The notes under the pieces: model-generated
Seen by the model: only the letters and a program-made list of their open reading frames with translations
The model's database searches: none
Told to the model about the DNA's origin: nothing
Shown here: positions 13,592 through 38,060 of the stretch, in pieces
How the letters are laid out: each line of letters starts with the position of its first letter
Position numbering within the stretch: the stretch's first letter is position 1
Program-made: the position numbers and the translations under genes
Source: Chrysomallon squamiferum
Taxonomy: Eukaryota; Animalia; Mollusca
NCBI GenBank assembly: GCA_012295275.1
Contig: CM022671.1
Location: 6,262,001-6,326,000 of the forward strand
DNA: 64,000 bases
Direction: 5' to 3'

Positions 13592-14570
13592 TTTAAACTA
13601 ATGTTTAGAAACTATGACCAAGGGGAGACAATTTGGCCATCGCGGGAACGCCAAATGATATAAACTGATTCTGTTGCCAGTGTTATCAAGTATTGGTTAT
13701 TTGACAGGTTGTGAATCCAAATTAACGATGATCTTTATGGAGTTAATTTGAATATTATGGGGCAAAAGAAATTGTCAATTTTTTTAAAAATGTATTTGAT
13801 TGTTTGGGTTTTTTTTAAATATGTATTTGATTGTTTGGGTTTTTTTTAAATATAGATTTTATTTAAAAAATATAAAATGTAAATTTCTGTTCCGATAGAA
13901 ACGATATCCATTGAATGAACTCGTTTATGTCTACGGTTATCGTTTGAAGTCTACCAACATCGTTACGATGAAAGAAATAACTGACTTCAAAGACATCAGT
14001 ATTAACAGACATCAACCAGGTTTATCGAACACCTGATGATTTAAAGCATACAGCATCCTTTTCACACGTTTCAGTCTTAGCCCGGGTCTTCCCTAATCCA
14101 GTGTATATTGTCATTTATCCCCCAAATCTCTCGCTCGGCAATTAAGTGGTTTGGCCTCATTTCAAAAAGAGTCTAGTTACGGCAGTGTTATTTACATTTA
14201 TTTCTTCTGATAGTTTTAGTGGATATAATTGTTTTCTAAAATAATAATAATAGTAATTAAATATTTTTTTAATAAAACTGAGAAAATGTTTACTGCTGCA
14301 ACTGAATTATCAATATAAATAATTTAATTTATAATTATTTTAATTAAGTAACTAAAATTAAAATATAACAGTTTGAATAAAGTCAAACTGAATTAACTGA
14401 ATCATCACAGTGATGAGTACATCATTCATGATGATGATGATGATTGATGAGCATAATGAAGTTGAAATCATTAGATAACTATAACGTAACTGTTATTGTT
14501 ATTATTATCAATCTATTTTTTATTATTATCATTAAGACTGCCTTGGAATTTAAAAATAAGAAAAGAGAAA
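13081..14570. promoter_or_regulatory. Divergent (head-to-head) RABEP1/RPAIN promoter and 5' UTR interval
   Basis: Start codons on opposite strands are 1.49 kb apart. The interval retains CpGs, unlike the flanking gene bodies. It has a CRE-like half site (acgtca, 13142) and an ETS-like tttcctg (about 13184). Confidence 0.5.
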
Positions 14571-17534
14571 ATGGAAACTGCAAGCGTTCGACATCAAGAC
14601 AAATATAAATGCAGAACTCCACCATGGAAAGACACATACAGAAAGGTAATCATGCAAATTTATAAACACACACTCGTACACACCCAAAGAGAGGGAGACA
14701 TTATTTTGAAAAAGAACTTTTAGTTGCATAGAGGTAAATAATATGTTCACTGAAAAAATATTATCCTGTTGTTTATTTACATCTTGCATTGGCAGTATTT
14801 ATTTGTTATTTATTATTTCATACTATAGATAGTGTCTGGTCTTTTATTATTATTTTTTTATTATTATTATTGATATTAATGTTTTTTATTTATAATAAAT
14901 TTTTATCAAAATTTTATAATAATTTTATTATTATTATCATTATTATTATTGTTGTTGTTATTATTATTGTTATTATTATTATTTTGATTTAATTTTTTGT
15001 TTCAGCGGTGTCTGGACAGATTACGAGACAGTCGCAGTAAGCTACAGAACAGACTGCGTAACGTTGAGAACGTTGCTGATGTCAGTTTATCAGAAAAGTC
15101 TTTGTTTGTTAAAGAGGTTATGACTGAGGAACTGAAATGTCTGAAAAATGAAAAGACCTCTTCAAGAAATTTACAGTTTGATGTGAGAATTTGTCCGACA
15201 GTCAAAGTTAAAATATATGTCCTTAGAAAATTTAGCATACGCAGGAAATATTTAGCATTTTTATTATCAGTTTAATTAAGGAAGATAAGAAGCATTTGTG
15301 TAGTGGATGTCTTATTCATTAATTATTAAAAAAAAAAGTTTAACTGGATTTCCTTTGTAGTGTATATGAAGAATATATTAGATCTGTTGGGGCATTTTTT
15401 GGTTGTTACTGTTTGGTTTTTTTTAAAGAGATTTAAATCTATTTTTTTTATTGACTCTTTTGGATATTTTTTTCTGCTTTCCACTAAAACTACAAATAAG
15501 CAAAAAGTTTGATGAATTTTTCATCATTTTTTTTCAGATTGAGTCATCCATTGTTGATGACGTGGATGAGATGCTGTCACTATTTGATGATATCCAGAAA
15601 GAGTTATTACAAGAAGGTATTTTACTTAAATATTTCTCCTCAAGCTGCTTAAAGTTTTTATTTAATTGTACAAGAAAATGAGGTAAATACATTTGCAATA
15701 CTTTTAAATGTTAGACTTGTTTCTAGCAACAGATTCTGTAAACTTTAAGACTTGTGTTTGTGTCACCTATGCTACTTTTAAGAGGTTCAAGTTCTTGTTT
15801 TTCTAGAGGAGCGACTGATAGCAGAATATGAAGAACATCAAAGAGGTTTAGAAAAAGAGGAGATTGCTTTGTCCAAGGCAATAACAACACTCAGTACAGA
15901 CGAAGTTGTCTGTCCCCTATGTCAGAGGTAGTTACAGAATAGTTATGCAAACACAGGCACACACACAACACTACAGATATAAGCATGCATGCACATATGC
16001 ACATACCATAATAACCAAATCAGCCAAATTAACTAAAAACAGCAAGTGAACTAGAGAATGCTGCAGAAATAAGTTTAAAAACATCAAATGTGTTTGATAT
16101 ATCTGCTTTTCTTCAGTGATTCTCATTTCATCAAATTTTTATTGGAATTTATTGCAGCATAGTTCAAGGAAATTTAACAGCACAAATGTTATATTTGATT
16201 TATTTTCAGAAATCCGTTACTATTAAATAAGGGAATTATTTTCTGTCCTTGTGGTCTCAGAATCAACACAGAGGTAAAAATAATAGAAACTTTTCAGAAA
16301 TTACTATAAAAAAAAACCCTATTTATTTTTTAAATGTATATTTCTCATTTGCTGATTACATTAAGACCAGATTTTTTTTTTTTATTTAAAACAGTTTTAT
16401 TTATTTATGTTTTCATTTACTGCAATAGCATCAAATTATATATCAAATTAGTCATTGGCTCAGTTAAAGATAGATAGCAGATTCATGATTATTGTATGTT
16501 CTGGAAACAAATTTATTGTCAAAGCAGTTCTGTATTTTTCAGTATTCTGTGATAAAACAGTTTAATTAATAAATGAAAATTACTTAGTTTTCTGTTATAG
16601 GATATTTAAATAAATAATTTGTTTTGAAAGGCATTGTTTATGGGATAACATTAATGTTGATGATATTAACAGAAATAGTTTCATGTAGTAGTATTGTTGT
16701 TATCACTGTTACTGCTTTAATATTATCATTAATGTTTTGATGAGATTTTTGTTTTTGTTATTATTATTTTTATTATTATTGTTCTTATTGTTATTATTGT
16801 TATTATTACTATTGTTGTTATTATTGTTATTACTATTTCAGCAAGACTGTATAAGTTTGTGCAATGTAAAACAACAGTTAGATGAAGGTGTGTCTCTTCA
16901 TTCCTCTGTCTGTGATAGAGCACCACAGTTCAGTGTTGTTGACAGTCTGGGAATCACAAACCTCCTCATCACGTGTCAGGTATCACTGATTCATCTTAAT
17001 AAAATATAAATCTCAGTCTGCAGATCATCTAGAGATTTGTTTAAAAAGAAGAGAATGGGGAAGGGGCATTTTTTATTTAAACTGAAAGATTTATCACTCA
17101 TTACAACTGAAATTAAAAGTCTACTTTAAGCGCGTTTTATTTTTATTTTCTCTACAAAGGAAATTAAAAGTATTTTTTATTCTTATAAATAATGAAACGT
17201 GATAAAAACTAAATAGTTCTATTAATTATTTTTATTAATATCATTTTTTGTTTTTTTATTTAAGAGTTATGTAGTTAAAATTATGTTATAAATTTTTTAT
17301 TTCTCTTGTTATGATTTGAAGGAAGAGAAAAATAAAATTGTCTGCTTCATGTCATCTGGTATTTTCAGTTTAAGTGTGAAACTTTATATTTTACTTGTTA
17401 TATTTTGCCAGAAAAATAGAATTAAAAAATAATAATAATAATAACGATGATGATGATGATGATAATACTATATTGTAATATCTCTTCTTTTCTTTTTTTT
17501 CTAGGTCTGTGACTTCATGTTTGTGGTGGTTTAG
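14571..17534 (+). CDS. RPAIN: RPA-interacting protein (RIP), 7 coding exons, about 227 aa
   Basis: Exons 14571-14645, 15006-15182, 15538-15616, 15807-15927, 16210-16273, 16842-16979, 17505-17534 (TAG) join in frame (684 nt). N-terminal RHQDKYKCRTPPWKDTYRKRCLDRLRDSRSKLQNRLR matches the RPAIN N-terminal motif. Acidic middle region, then a C-terminal zinc finger VCPLCQR...FCPCGLRI...HSSVC...CQVCDFMFVV. Confidence 0.92.
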
Positions 17535-17863
17535 CCAGAAAACCAAAAATTGAACAGAAAAATGGCCTGATGACAAAAAAATGACTTGTTTCATTATGTG
17601 CTTAAAAGTCCAATTTCATACAGAATGTTTCTGAGTCAATTATTTTCTATATATATTTTTTTTCTTTCCTTAATAAATATTTAAAAGTTTATTGACTCAG
17701 TAATTACAAATAAATCATTTTGGTACTGGTTTTTGCCAGTGTTTCTAGAATTTAGGGCAAAACATGTTATTAGATTCTTCATCAGAAAGTTTTTTTCATT
17801 CTGTTTTAAAATGTTTTTTTTTTCTATTTCTGTTTTTCTTTCTTTCTCTTTTTTTTTTTTTTT

Positions 17864-17896
<33 letters not shown>

Positions 17897-18388
17897 TTTT
17901 CTTTTTCATTATTTATTTTGTTAAACATATTTTTTAAAATACATTTTTACATTTATTTATTTTACTAAACATTTGATATTATATTTTTCATTCTGATCTA
18001 AATAATTACTGTTTTTATTCAGTGTTACAAAACTTGAATGCTACTAATCACTCAAATTTTATATAATAAGAAATTTTTTTTTTTTATAAATTAATCTTTT
18101 CATGTTATATCAGTATTGTGTTATATAGATACAATTTTATGTTGAGAATAAAACATCTGAGTAATGTTAATACTAATATCAACTAATAAAAATCAATTTT
18201 GGGTCAGTCAGAAATGTAATTTTTTTTTTTGGAAATTCAGTTGTAGAATGAAAGCAGTGAATTATGTTTATATTTGTCTGAAATCCTTGGAAACTGAACA
18301 TAAGTGATCTCCAGAGGGTTTATTAATGAAGAGAAAGTTTAATTCACTGTTTTTATAATTATTGACATTTTCAGCTAATAAGCTGTTA

Positions 18389-18461
<73 letters not shown>

Positions 18462-19295
18462 TTTTTTTTTTTTTTTTAAGTTAGGAATTTGGTACAATTA
18501 ATGGGCATTCATGTTAATGTTCAGCAACAATTTTTAAAAAATTGTGTTGATTCTGATTCATAAACTTTTAAAGTCTTGCATATATGAAAAGTTAATTTTA
18601 ATATTAACGTTTTATTGTGCTAGAGAAAAAGTTTCCTATAGATATTCTGTTTCAGTTTGTTAATGTAGATTAAAAAACAACTTTTGTATATATAATTTTC
18701 AATAAATTATAATATTTTGAAAAATAAAGATGATTTTCAGTAAATATTTGTTGTTTTTAATTACTCTTTCATTTATTTTTTTGTTATTTATCAGTTATTC
18801 TTTATTTATTTATTTTTATATGTATGTCTCAACTGTTTATTGTTTACGAATAGAAGATTTTCATCACAAGGTTAAAAATGACTAAAAATAATATTAAAAT
18901 GGATCACCAAACATTTAGGCGTTAGTTACTAACAGAAGAAAAACGGAACTCAAGTATTGATGACGTTTTTCGCAATGGTCTTCGGTTTTGCTTTTAACTT
19001 GATCACTTGCATCTGCAAAATGACTGAATTCACCGATTTCGGCATTATTGTATTCATTTAAAATTCATAACTGCAGATGATACTTATATCAAAATAATAA
19101 ATTTATGTAGAGTAACGCTATAAAAAAAATTATTCTTTAAATCGAATGTTTTCTGTTTTCATTCCTGGATAACAAAATCACTTAATGAATGATCTGTCAT
19201 TTACAGATTTGGTTTGAAGCATATATTTCATTATAGATTATCATATATGCTGACAACATGATTGATTTATAAAACACAAACAGTACGCCTTCAAA

Positions 19296-27575
<8,280 letters not shown>

Positions 27576-27945
27576 AATCCAGATTAATGATTTGACTGCA
27601 CTGTTGAGTGTTCCAGTTTATGTCAGCCATATTACACATGAAATAGTTTACACATTAACATAACATGTACTTGTGCATATCAATAACTAAGTAAAAATTT
27701 ATGGGCTGTATTTATTTAACCTGTTTTTTTTTTAATTTCCTGAAGTATTATACATTATAAGTATACAAGACTGAAAATGGTGATGTAAATTCAGTCATGT
27801 TGATATAATCATTTCATTTAGAATGTGTAGATGACAAAGATTTATAGATTTTGATATAGCAGTGTACTTAGAATAGACTAATACAGGTTAATATTAATAT
27901 TAATATTCATGACTAAGACATAAATCTCTCTTCATGACTAAGACA

Positions 27946-27985
<40 letters not shown>

Positions 27986-30900
27986 ATTTGACTTATCTCT
28001 AAATATATATATTGTTACGTATTTTTCTAAGTTTCTGATCAAAAGTTTTAATTTTACATTTTGCATACATAGAGATGCTAACTGTTTTCTTCACTTAGTT
28101 TTACACATCACTTTCTGTCCAGACATTTTATTTACAAATTTCAACTCAGATTTTTAAATACCTAGAGATATATGACAAGTTATAGATTACATATTTTCAA
28201 CAAAAATCTTCTTTTTTTTATTTAGTTTAGTGTTTTGTTAGCACTGGTTTCTTTTTAGTTTTACAAAGATAACATTATGAAAAAAAAAAAAAAAACCCTT
28301 ACTTTTGATTAGTTGTATTCATGTTTTGTTCGTTTTCTTATATTTTTTACATAGGTATAAATATCTGTACAATTAATCTAAAGAAACAAGAAATTATTTG
28401 TATTTATCTTTTTTTACATTTTCTGATATTCTGTCTGAGACTGTCTTCTCAGATGTTGTGCATTGCTATGTTTATAGAGAAATACTTCACTATACATTTT
28501 GCCCCTTGTTGATACAGACATTGTTATTTTTTTTATTATTGTATTTATTCTTCTTTTTAATCTTTTGAATATTAGATTTGTTTAATTTACTGGAAATGCT
28601 TTTGAGATATATTTTTTTTTTTTCAAATAATTATTCTTAATTTTATTTTGATCAGCTTTTTACAAATCTGTTTAAATGTTACTCTGTCAGTGTACATGTA
28701 CTCACATTTTTGTTTGTTTTCCATTTATTCACACATTTCTTCTATTTAAAATAACTGTTTTGATTTATTTGCTTTTTGTTATTGTTATTATTATTATTAT
28801 TAATAATATAATTTTTTTAAGATTTTTATTTTATTTTTTATTTTTATTATTATTATTTTTTAATAATTATGATTGCTTAATTTATCCACTTACCCATAAC
28901 AAAACTTACTTTTCATAATATATATAACATCTGTTTTTATCTACTTAGATTCCTATTTTTAGATACCAAAATCAAAATGTTTTGTTTAACTATACTGTAA
29001 AAGTATAATTAGAAAATACATCCATGACTGTATGGATTTTAAGTTATTTACAAAATTAGCAAAAATTATGATAACAGTAACAAGTAGGTTTAAAATGAAA
29101 GATAATAATTAAACTTGTTTCAGATCATTTCCATCTCGTCAAATTAAAAAACAACACAAAGAAAACAACTGGCCCATTTGCTTTACTCAGGTGACTGGAA
29201 ATAACAGTTTTCGATTGTGGACCAAATCAAAATTGTAAATAGTTCCATTCAGATTTCTATTTAGTTACAACACTTACTGTTTCATCTGTTTGAAGAAAAC
29301 TAAAATATTTGAATCGCAGATCTTTTTGCTAGCGATTTCATTATCCATTTTCATGCAAAATTATTATTCACACAAAAGTAACTTAAAAATTAAAACAGTT
29401 GCCATCCTAGTAATGATAGTGTATTTTTATAACATTACAACTTTTCTCTAGGTGATGCCAGTTTTGTTAAACATGCTTGACAAGCAAATGAAAATAGCAG
29501 ATAATAACAATTCATGATGCTTTTTGCATTTTTATTTTCTGTAAATGTAAACTTATTTTTGTACATGTTATGTTTTTTTTATTATTATTATCATAGTGTT
29601 TTCTGTCAGTATATAAACTTCTTTTCTATCATTTTTCCTTTCTTTCTTTTTAAGATGAGTGAATGGTGAAATATAAATTAAAGTGCTGAATAAATTTTAT
29701 GTAAACATATATGACACGAAATAACAAAATGAAGATTTGCACATTTTTTTTTTTTTTTTTCTATTTGAAATTATAAGAGATAAAAATTGGTATAATCTTG
29801 TATAGGAGGTAAAATTAAAAATTAAATACATTTTAAATTCCTTTGCAATTTCACTAATAATTTTTTTCGGTTTTAAGTTTCTTTATTTTAATAAAAGATT
29901 TTTTTTCTATGTAAATATATAGATATTATTTTTATTATTAATAGTCTTTGGATTGTTTAAGGACTGTTGTTGTTTTCTTTCTAAATAAATATTTGTATAT
30001 CCTTTTTTCCAAACATTTTAAATGTATTTTTGATACCAGTGTCCTATTTGATGTTTTAAGAGTTTAAAAAAATGTTGGAAATAACAACAGCTGTATCGTC
30101 TTGTCTTTCACTGGCAGTTGTGTAACTGCATGGCATGTGCTGCCATTACTCAGATCATGACAGTGCAATTTTAATTACAGTAAATATATATATTGTATAT
30201 TGAAATAATGTCAAGTATTCATTGACACTAACTTACAAGTTTATTTTGCTATTATATCAGTTCATAGAGTATTGGTTATCACCCAAAGATCTTGGTTCAG
30301 TTCCAAAGAAAGATTGATTAATTTTTTTTTTAACATTTAATGTTTTAGTGTAATAATAAATCTAGTAATTTGATTACAAAATAACAGTTTATTTGTAAAG
30401 ATGATATTTAAGAAGAAAAAAAAAGTGTCTTACTAATGTTTAATATTTTACTAATTAATTTATATTTTGTTTTTAAATTTAAATAATTTTATAATAAATC
30501 TCGTATTTAAAATGAAAAATATTTATAAAATAATGTCATATTTGATATTTGTTAAATGAAGGTTAATTGAAAGTTTATTTGGTAAAATAATGTGCTTAAG
30601 ATAAATTGTTGCAATCTGACATCTTGATCAACTACAGAAGTGAACATTAGATACAGTTAAAAAAAATTGTAACTGCCATTTTCCTTCTGTTTTTAAAATA
30701 TTTTTTCTATTTTGCAATTGTTTTGTTAGTTTTAAACTTTTTGCTTCACTCTGGCAGATGTCAAAATGGCAGCATTCAGATGTTTTTTTAAATTATTTCA
30801 TTAATTAATTAAGTATTATTTCATTGTTATTTTTAGTAGTGAATACTCAGACCCAAGCAATAAAACAATAACTTTGAAGGATAGCATTAGGCAATTTATT

Positions 30901-31961
30901 TGTACTGCCACATCTACTTTTTAATGAGCAGATTATGTTAATTACTGAATTATGTGATGATTTTAATGTTTGCTCAATGTATTATACTTGTAGAACACTG
31001 ATTACATACATACATGAGTGAATTGGTTAAAAAAAATAAAATCATTGTGTCATTTGTAAGAATTTTGTTTCGTTCAGAATTTTCACTTTTGTTTATTTAT
31101 ATACGTAATACTAATTAATATATTAATTAAAACTTAATATTCTTTATTATAATGGATTTTTATTTTGTAATATTTAGACCTAGACACTTAACTATATCAT
31201 GAATTTATATTCCAAATATTTTGAATTTTCAGTATATTTTACTCGTTTTAAAATATATTTTCAGGAATTTTGTTAATCCATTTTTAATAAATCTATATAT
31301 ATTCAGCTACTGTTGTTGGGATTTCTTGTTTGGGTTTTATGTGTTTATTCCCTTTTTTATTTTTTTATTTTTATTTTTATTTTTTTATTATTAAATTTGT
31401 CAACAATAAGATCAATTACAAAAGAAATACACACACACATACAGTACATACATATATATCTATATATAAGTTCTTTTGTTGTGTACCTAAGGTGAACAGT
31501 CCCCCAGTAGCTCATTTTCAAGTATGAGTTTCCTGTATTAGCCACTCTGAGGTGGGGGTGTCATCACTCACCAGGTGACTCACTGTCGCTGCATTTTAGG
31601 TACGTCATTTAATTTAAATATATAAATTTCTATTTGTAGCATTACTTGGTGAGGAATGATACGTTATCAAACTTTTGTTCAAAGTATGTGACACAGTGAA
31701 ATGGTTCATAATATTTATTTTATTTTTATTTTATTTTATTTTATTTATTTTTATTTTTTTTATTTTTTTATTATATAACTTTAATTTCCTAATTTTTCAT
31801 ATTTTTCAAATTTCATCTATTAATATAATTTTTTTTAATTTACTTTACTATGAACTGCAAATAACTAATCCATTCCAAATTAAACAAAAATGTCAGTAGT
31901 CGTCTATATCAAAAAAACCTGATTTATCTATGTTTTTGTTTTATGAAAAAATTACAAAATT

Positions 31962-32009
<48 letters not shown>

Positions 32010-32499
32010 ATTTAATTAATTTTTAATAAATATGTATTTCTTATTTATTTTCTTATTTTAATCTAGAAGACGGAAATTAAGAAAGAAATAAATTAACTTA
32101 TTTATTTAGTGTCTTACCGAATCTACTATGGAAATATTTTCTTTTTACTAAACTATAAAAAATATATATTGTTTAATCTACGAATTCAGTACTCAACACA
32201 AATATATCTATTTAGTTTATACATTTCCTGTGTCATATACTGTGAATAAATTTAGATGCGTCAGCCTAAATATGAAAATTTTAAACCAATTTAGACGCAG
32301 ATTTAGACAGCTCACAAAATGAAAAGGATCAGAATACACACAGATAATTTAACATGGATGCCAAGTAGGAGAAAGTCAAATCCGATCTTAGAGCTTGTAA
32401 CAGACAGTCTTGGTTAACACAGAGTCAGAGGGGGTCAAAGGTTAAATTATTCTTCATCACTGATACTTCATGAAACGCTGAGTGTCTCCAAGTAAATAA

Positions 32500-33155
32500 A
32501 TGTAACTGTAATAATCAACACGTTCAAAGATAAAACTAGTTACTAAACTAAGTAAAGCAAACAAACAAACTCACACATACAACTAATTACACTCATTTCA
32601 ATAAAATAACTAAATATAGCTATAATAATCAACTAAAAACACTATATAACAAAATAAATCAAAACATATGCACACACAAACACACTCACACACACTAAAA
32701 GACACATAATTAGACATTTTAATACTTAACATAACTAAAGTAACACATTAAAAACAATATACTAAACCAAATAAACACACACATACACATAAACTCACAC
32801 ACATACACACACACACACCTAATTACACCTATCTTAATACTTAACTACATCCAATTGTAATAATAAACATATTAAAGACAATTTACTAAACTAAAATAAA
32901 ACACACTCACACATACACACCTAATTACCCTTAATTTAATACCAAACTAAATAAAATTATAATAATCAAGACATTAAAACAAAACATAGTGACTAAATTA
33001 AATAAATGAACACACGCACACACACACTTAATTACCCTTATTTTAATACCAAACTAAATACAACTACAATAATCAACACATTAAAAAAACCCACCAGATT
33101 AAGCTAAATAAATAAACACACACATGCACGCAGGCACACACACACAGACATTCAT

Positions 33156-33213
<58 letters not shown>

Positions 33214-33426
33214 CTTATTACAATTATTTTAATACCAAACTAAATACAACTATAATAATCAACACATTTAAAAACAAACCTAGTGACTAAACAAAATAAA
33301 TAAACACACACAAAAACAGACATACATACCTAAAAATAAATTAAAACAAAACCTAGTGACTAAACAAAATAAATAAACACACACACATACACACAGGCAA
33401 ACACACACACACACACACACACACAG

Positions 33427-33472
<46 letters not shown>

Positions 33473-34729
33473 AGAAACACACATAGACATTCACATGAAT
33501 GGACATACAAATTACACTTATTATAATACCAATTATAATAATCAACACATTAAACCAAAAACTAGTAATTACACTAAATAAATAGACACAAACATACACA
33601 CAGACACACACTAACATACACACACACATAGACATACAGACCGAATTACACTTCTTTTAATACCAAACTAAATATAACAATAATCGAGAAATACATTAAA
33701 ACAAAACCTAGTGACTAACCTAAATAAATACACACACAGAGACACACATATACACAAAGACACACTCAGACTCAAACACACACACACACACATATACACA
33801 AAGACACACTCAGACACAAACACACACACACACACATACCTAATTACACTTATTCTAAAACCAAACTAAATAGAACTATAATAATCAACACCTTAAAACA
33901 AAACCTAGTGATTAAGCTAAATAAATAAACACACACATACACACAGACACACATACAAACAGACACACACACACACATATATATACACACAGCTAATTAC
34001 ACTTATTTTAATACCAACCTAAATACAACTATAATAATCAACATATTAAAACAAAACCTAGTGACTAACCTAAATAAATAAACACACACACTCAGCCACA
34101 CACATACACATAAAACAAAAACACATAAACAAACACACACACACACACATTTTTACACTTATTTTAAAACCAAAATAAATATAATAATAATAATGAACAC
34201 ACTAAAAAAACAACCTAATGATTAACTTAAATAAATACATACACACAGGCACACACAGACACAAACACACACAAATACCTAATTTTATTTTAATATCAAA
34301 CTAAATACAATTATAATAATCAACACATTAAAACAAAACCTAGTGACTAATCTAAATAAAAAAACACACACAGACACACAAACACACATACACACACAGG
34401 CACACACACACAGGCACACACACACAGATACATACCTAATTACACTTATTTTAACCAAAATAAAAACAACTATAATAATAAACACATTAAAACAAAACCT
34501 AGTGACTAAACTAAATAAACACTCACACATATACACCTACACACACACACACATACACACACACACACACACACATACACACACACAGAGATACAAATGC
34601 CTAATTACACTCATTTTAATACCAAACAAAATAAAACTATAATCAACACATTAAAACAAAACCTAGTGACTAAGCTAAATTAATAAAAACACACATACAC
34701 AGATGCACACACACAGACACTCAGACACA

Positions 34730-34772
<43 letters not shown>

Positions 34773-35886
34773 AGAACTAATTACACTTCGTTTAATACCA
34801 AACTAAATAAAACTATAATAATCAACACATTCAAAAACAAACCTATTTCTAAACAAAATAAATAAACACACACACAGAGATACACAGACACACGCACACC
34901 TAAAACACATTAAAAAAAACCCTACTGACTAAATTAAATAAAAAAATCAAACACACACACACACAAACTCACATGCATAGACACACAAATTAATGACACT
35001 TATTTTAATACCAAACTAAATACAATTGTAATAACACATTAAAACAAAACCTAGTGACTAACCTAAATAAATAAACACACACACACAAATTAATTACACT
35101 TATTTTAATACCAAACTAAATACAATTGTAATAATCAACACTTTAAAACAAAACCAAATGACTGACCTAATTAAATAAACACACACACACACACACACAC
35201 TCACAGAGAGAGACACTCAAACACACACAGATACATATCTAATTAAACTTATTTTAATACCAAACTAAAAACAACTATAATAATCAGCACATTAAAACAA
35301 AACCTAATAATTAAACTAAATTAATAAACACACACAGACATACAGACACACACACACAAACACACACATACACACAAACCTAACTACACTTATTTTAATA
35401 CTAAACTAAATACAACAATAATAATCAACACATTAAAACAAAACCTAGTAATGAAACTAAATAAATAACACGCACACACACACACACACAGACACACATA
35501 CACATAGCTAATTACACTTATTTTAATAACAAACTAAATACAACTATAATAAAAAGAACACTAAAACAAAACCTAGTGACTAAGCTAAATAAAAAAAAAA
35601 CACACACACATACACAGAGGCACACACACTCACACCTAATTACACTTCTTTTAATCAACACATTTAAACAAAACCTAGTGACTAGCTAAATAAATAAAAA
35701 CACACATACACAGAGGCACACACAGACACTGAGACACACACACACACGCACAGAACTAATTACACTTACTTTAATACCAAACTAAATATAACTGTAAAAA
35801 TCAACACATTTAAAAATAAACCTAGTTACTAAACAAAATAAATAAACACACACACAGAGAAACACACACACACAGACACACACACA

Positions 35887-35945
<59 letters not shown>

Positions 35946-36599
35946 ACACACATACACACACGCACACACTGACACTAACATCCATAGACATACAGACTAA
36001 TTACACTTATTTTAATACCAACCTAAAAACAACTATAATAATCAGCACATTAAAACAAAACATAATAATTAAACTAAATTAATAAACACACACATACCTA
36101 AAAATACATTAAAAAAAAACCTAGTGACTAAACAAAATAAATAAACACACACACATACACACACCCACAAACACAAACACACAGGCACACACACACACAC
36201 ACATACCGTTTTAAACTTATTTTAATACAAAACTAAATACAACAATAATAATCAACACATTAAAACAAAACCTAGTGACTAACCTAAATAAATACAAACA
36301 CAGAGACACACTCAGACACAAACACATACCTAATTAAACTTATTCTAAAACCAAACTAAATAGAACTATAATAATCAACACATTAAAACAAAACCTAGTG
36401 ACTAACCTAAATAAATAAACACACACATACACACACACAAACACACACACACATAACTAATTACTCTAATTTTAATACCAAACTAAACACAACTATAATA
36501 ATAAGAACATTAAAACAAAACCTAGTGACTAAGCTAAATAAATAAATAAACACACACATACACACCCACACACACACATATACACTCACACACATACAA

Positions 36600-36630
<31 letters not shown>

Positions 36631-36822
36631 GCAAATTACACTTATTTTAATTCCAAACTAAATACAACTATAATAATCAACAGATTAAAACAAAACATAA
36701 TGACTGACCTAATTAAATAAACACACACACACAAATTAATTACACTTATTTTAATACCAAACTAAATACAATTGTAATAATCAACACATTAAAACAAAAC
36801 CTAGTGACTAACCTAATTAAAT

Positions 36823-36855
<33 letters not shown>

Positions 36856-37390
36856 TACACATACCTAATTACACTTATCTTAATACCAAAATAAAAACAA
36901 CTATAATAATCAGAACATTAAAACAAAACCTAATAATTAAACTAAATTAATAAACACTCACATACATTCACACACAGTCACACACACATACAGAGGCACA
37001 CAGACCTAAATATACTTATTTTAATTCCAAACTAAATACAGCTATAATAATAAACAGATTAAAACAAAACCTAGTGACTAAGCTAAATAAATAAAAACAC
37101 ACAAACACAGACATACACACAGACACTCACACACACACACAGACACACACACACTGACACTAACATCCATAAATATACAGATTAATTACACTTATTTTAA
37201 CTAAATTAATAAACACACACATACATACAGACACATACACAGACACACATACACAGGCACACAGACCTAATTATACTTATTTTAATACCAAACTAAATAC
37301 AACTATAATAATCAACATATTAAAACAAAACCTAGTGACTAAAGTAAATATACACATTAAAACAAAACCTAGTGACTAAACTAAATAAAT

Positions 37391-37430
<40 letters not shown>

Positions 37431-37860
37431 AGAGACACACTCACATGCTTAGACATACAAAGTACACTTATTTTAATACCAAATTAAACATAATTATTAT
37501 AATCAAGACATTAAAACAAAACATAGTGACTAACCTAATTAAATAGACACACACACACACACACGCACACACACACACACACACACATACACAGAGGCAC
37601 TCAAACACACACAGACACATACCTAATTAAACTTATTTTAATACCAAACTAAAAACAACTATAATAATCAGCACATTAAAACAAAACCTAATAATTCAAC
37701 TAAATTAATAAACACACACAGACACACACACATATACACACACAGACACACAGACCTAATTACACTTATTTTAATACCAAACTAAATACAACTATAATAA
37801 TAAACACATTAAAACAAAACATAGGGACTAAACTAAATAAACACTCACACACACATATAC

Positions 37861-37893
<33 letters not shown>

Positions 37894-38060
37894 GACCTAA
37901 TTACATTTATTTTAATATTTAACTACATTTAACTATAATAATTAACAGATACTGAACTGAATAAATAAACATCGATACACAAACACAAATACACACACAC
38001 GCACACACATGCACACACACGCACACATACACACACACACACACTCAGACGTCCATTACC
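32500..38060. repeat. Compound satellite, about 5.5 kb: conserved core of about 90 bp plus a variable (CA)n spacer, roughly 40 units
   Basis: Core ctaattacacttattttaataccaaactaaatacaactataataatcaacacattaaaacaaaacctagtgactaa(a/c/g)ctaaataaataaa followed by (CA)n, repeated head-to-tail. The ends are more degenerate than the middle. Confidence 0.95.

Noticed and set aside
13880-14190. Possible transposon remnant ending ctagttacggcagtg
   Set aside because: No matching opposite terminus or ORF. It cannot be supported without a repeat library.
32330-32465. C/D-box snoRNA (GTGATGA...CTGA on the minus strand)
   Set aside because: No terminal stem or recognisable rRNA guide, and such boxes occur by chance.
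32500-38060. CRISPR-like pattern of a constant repeat with variable spacers
   Set aside because: The spacers are only (CA)n microsatellite, the core is about 90 bp, the context is eukaryotic, and there are no cas genes.
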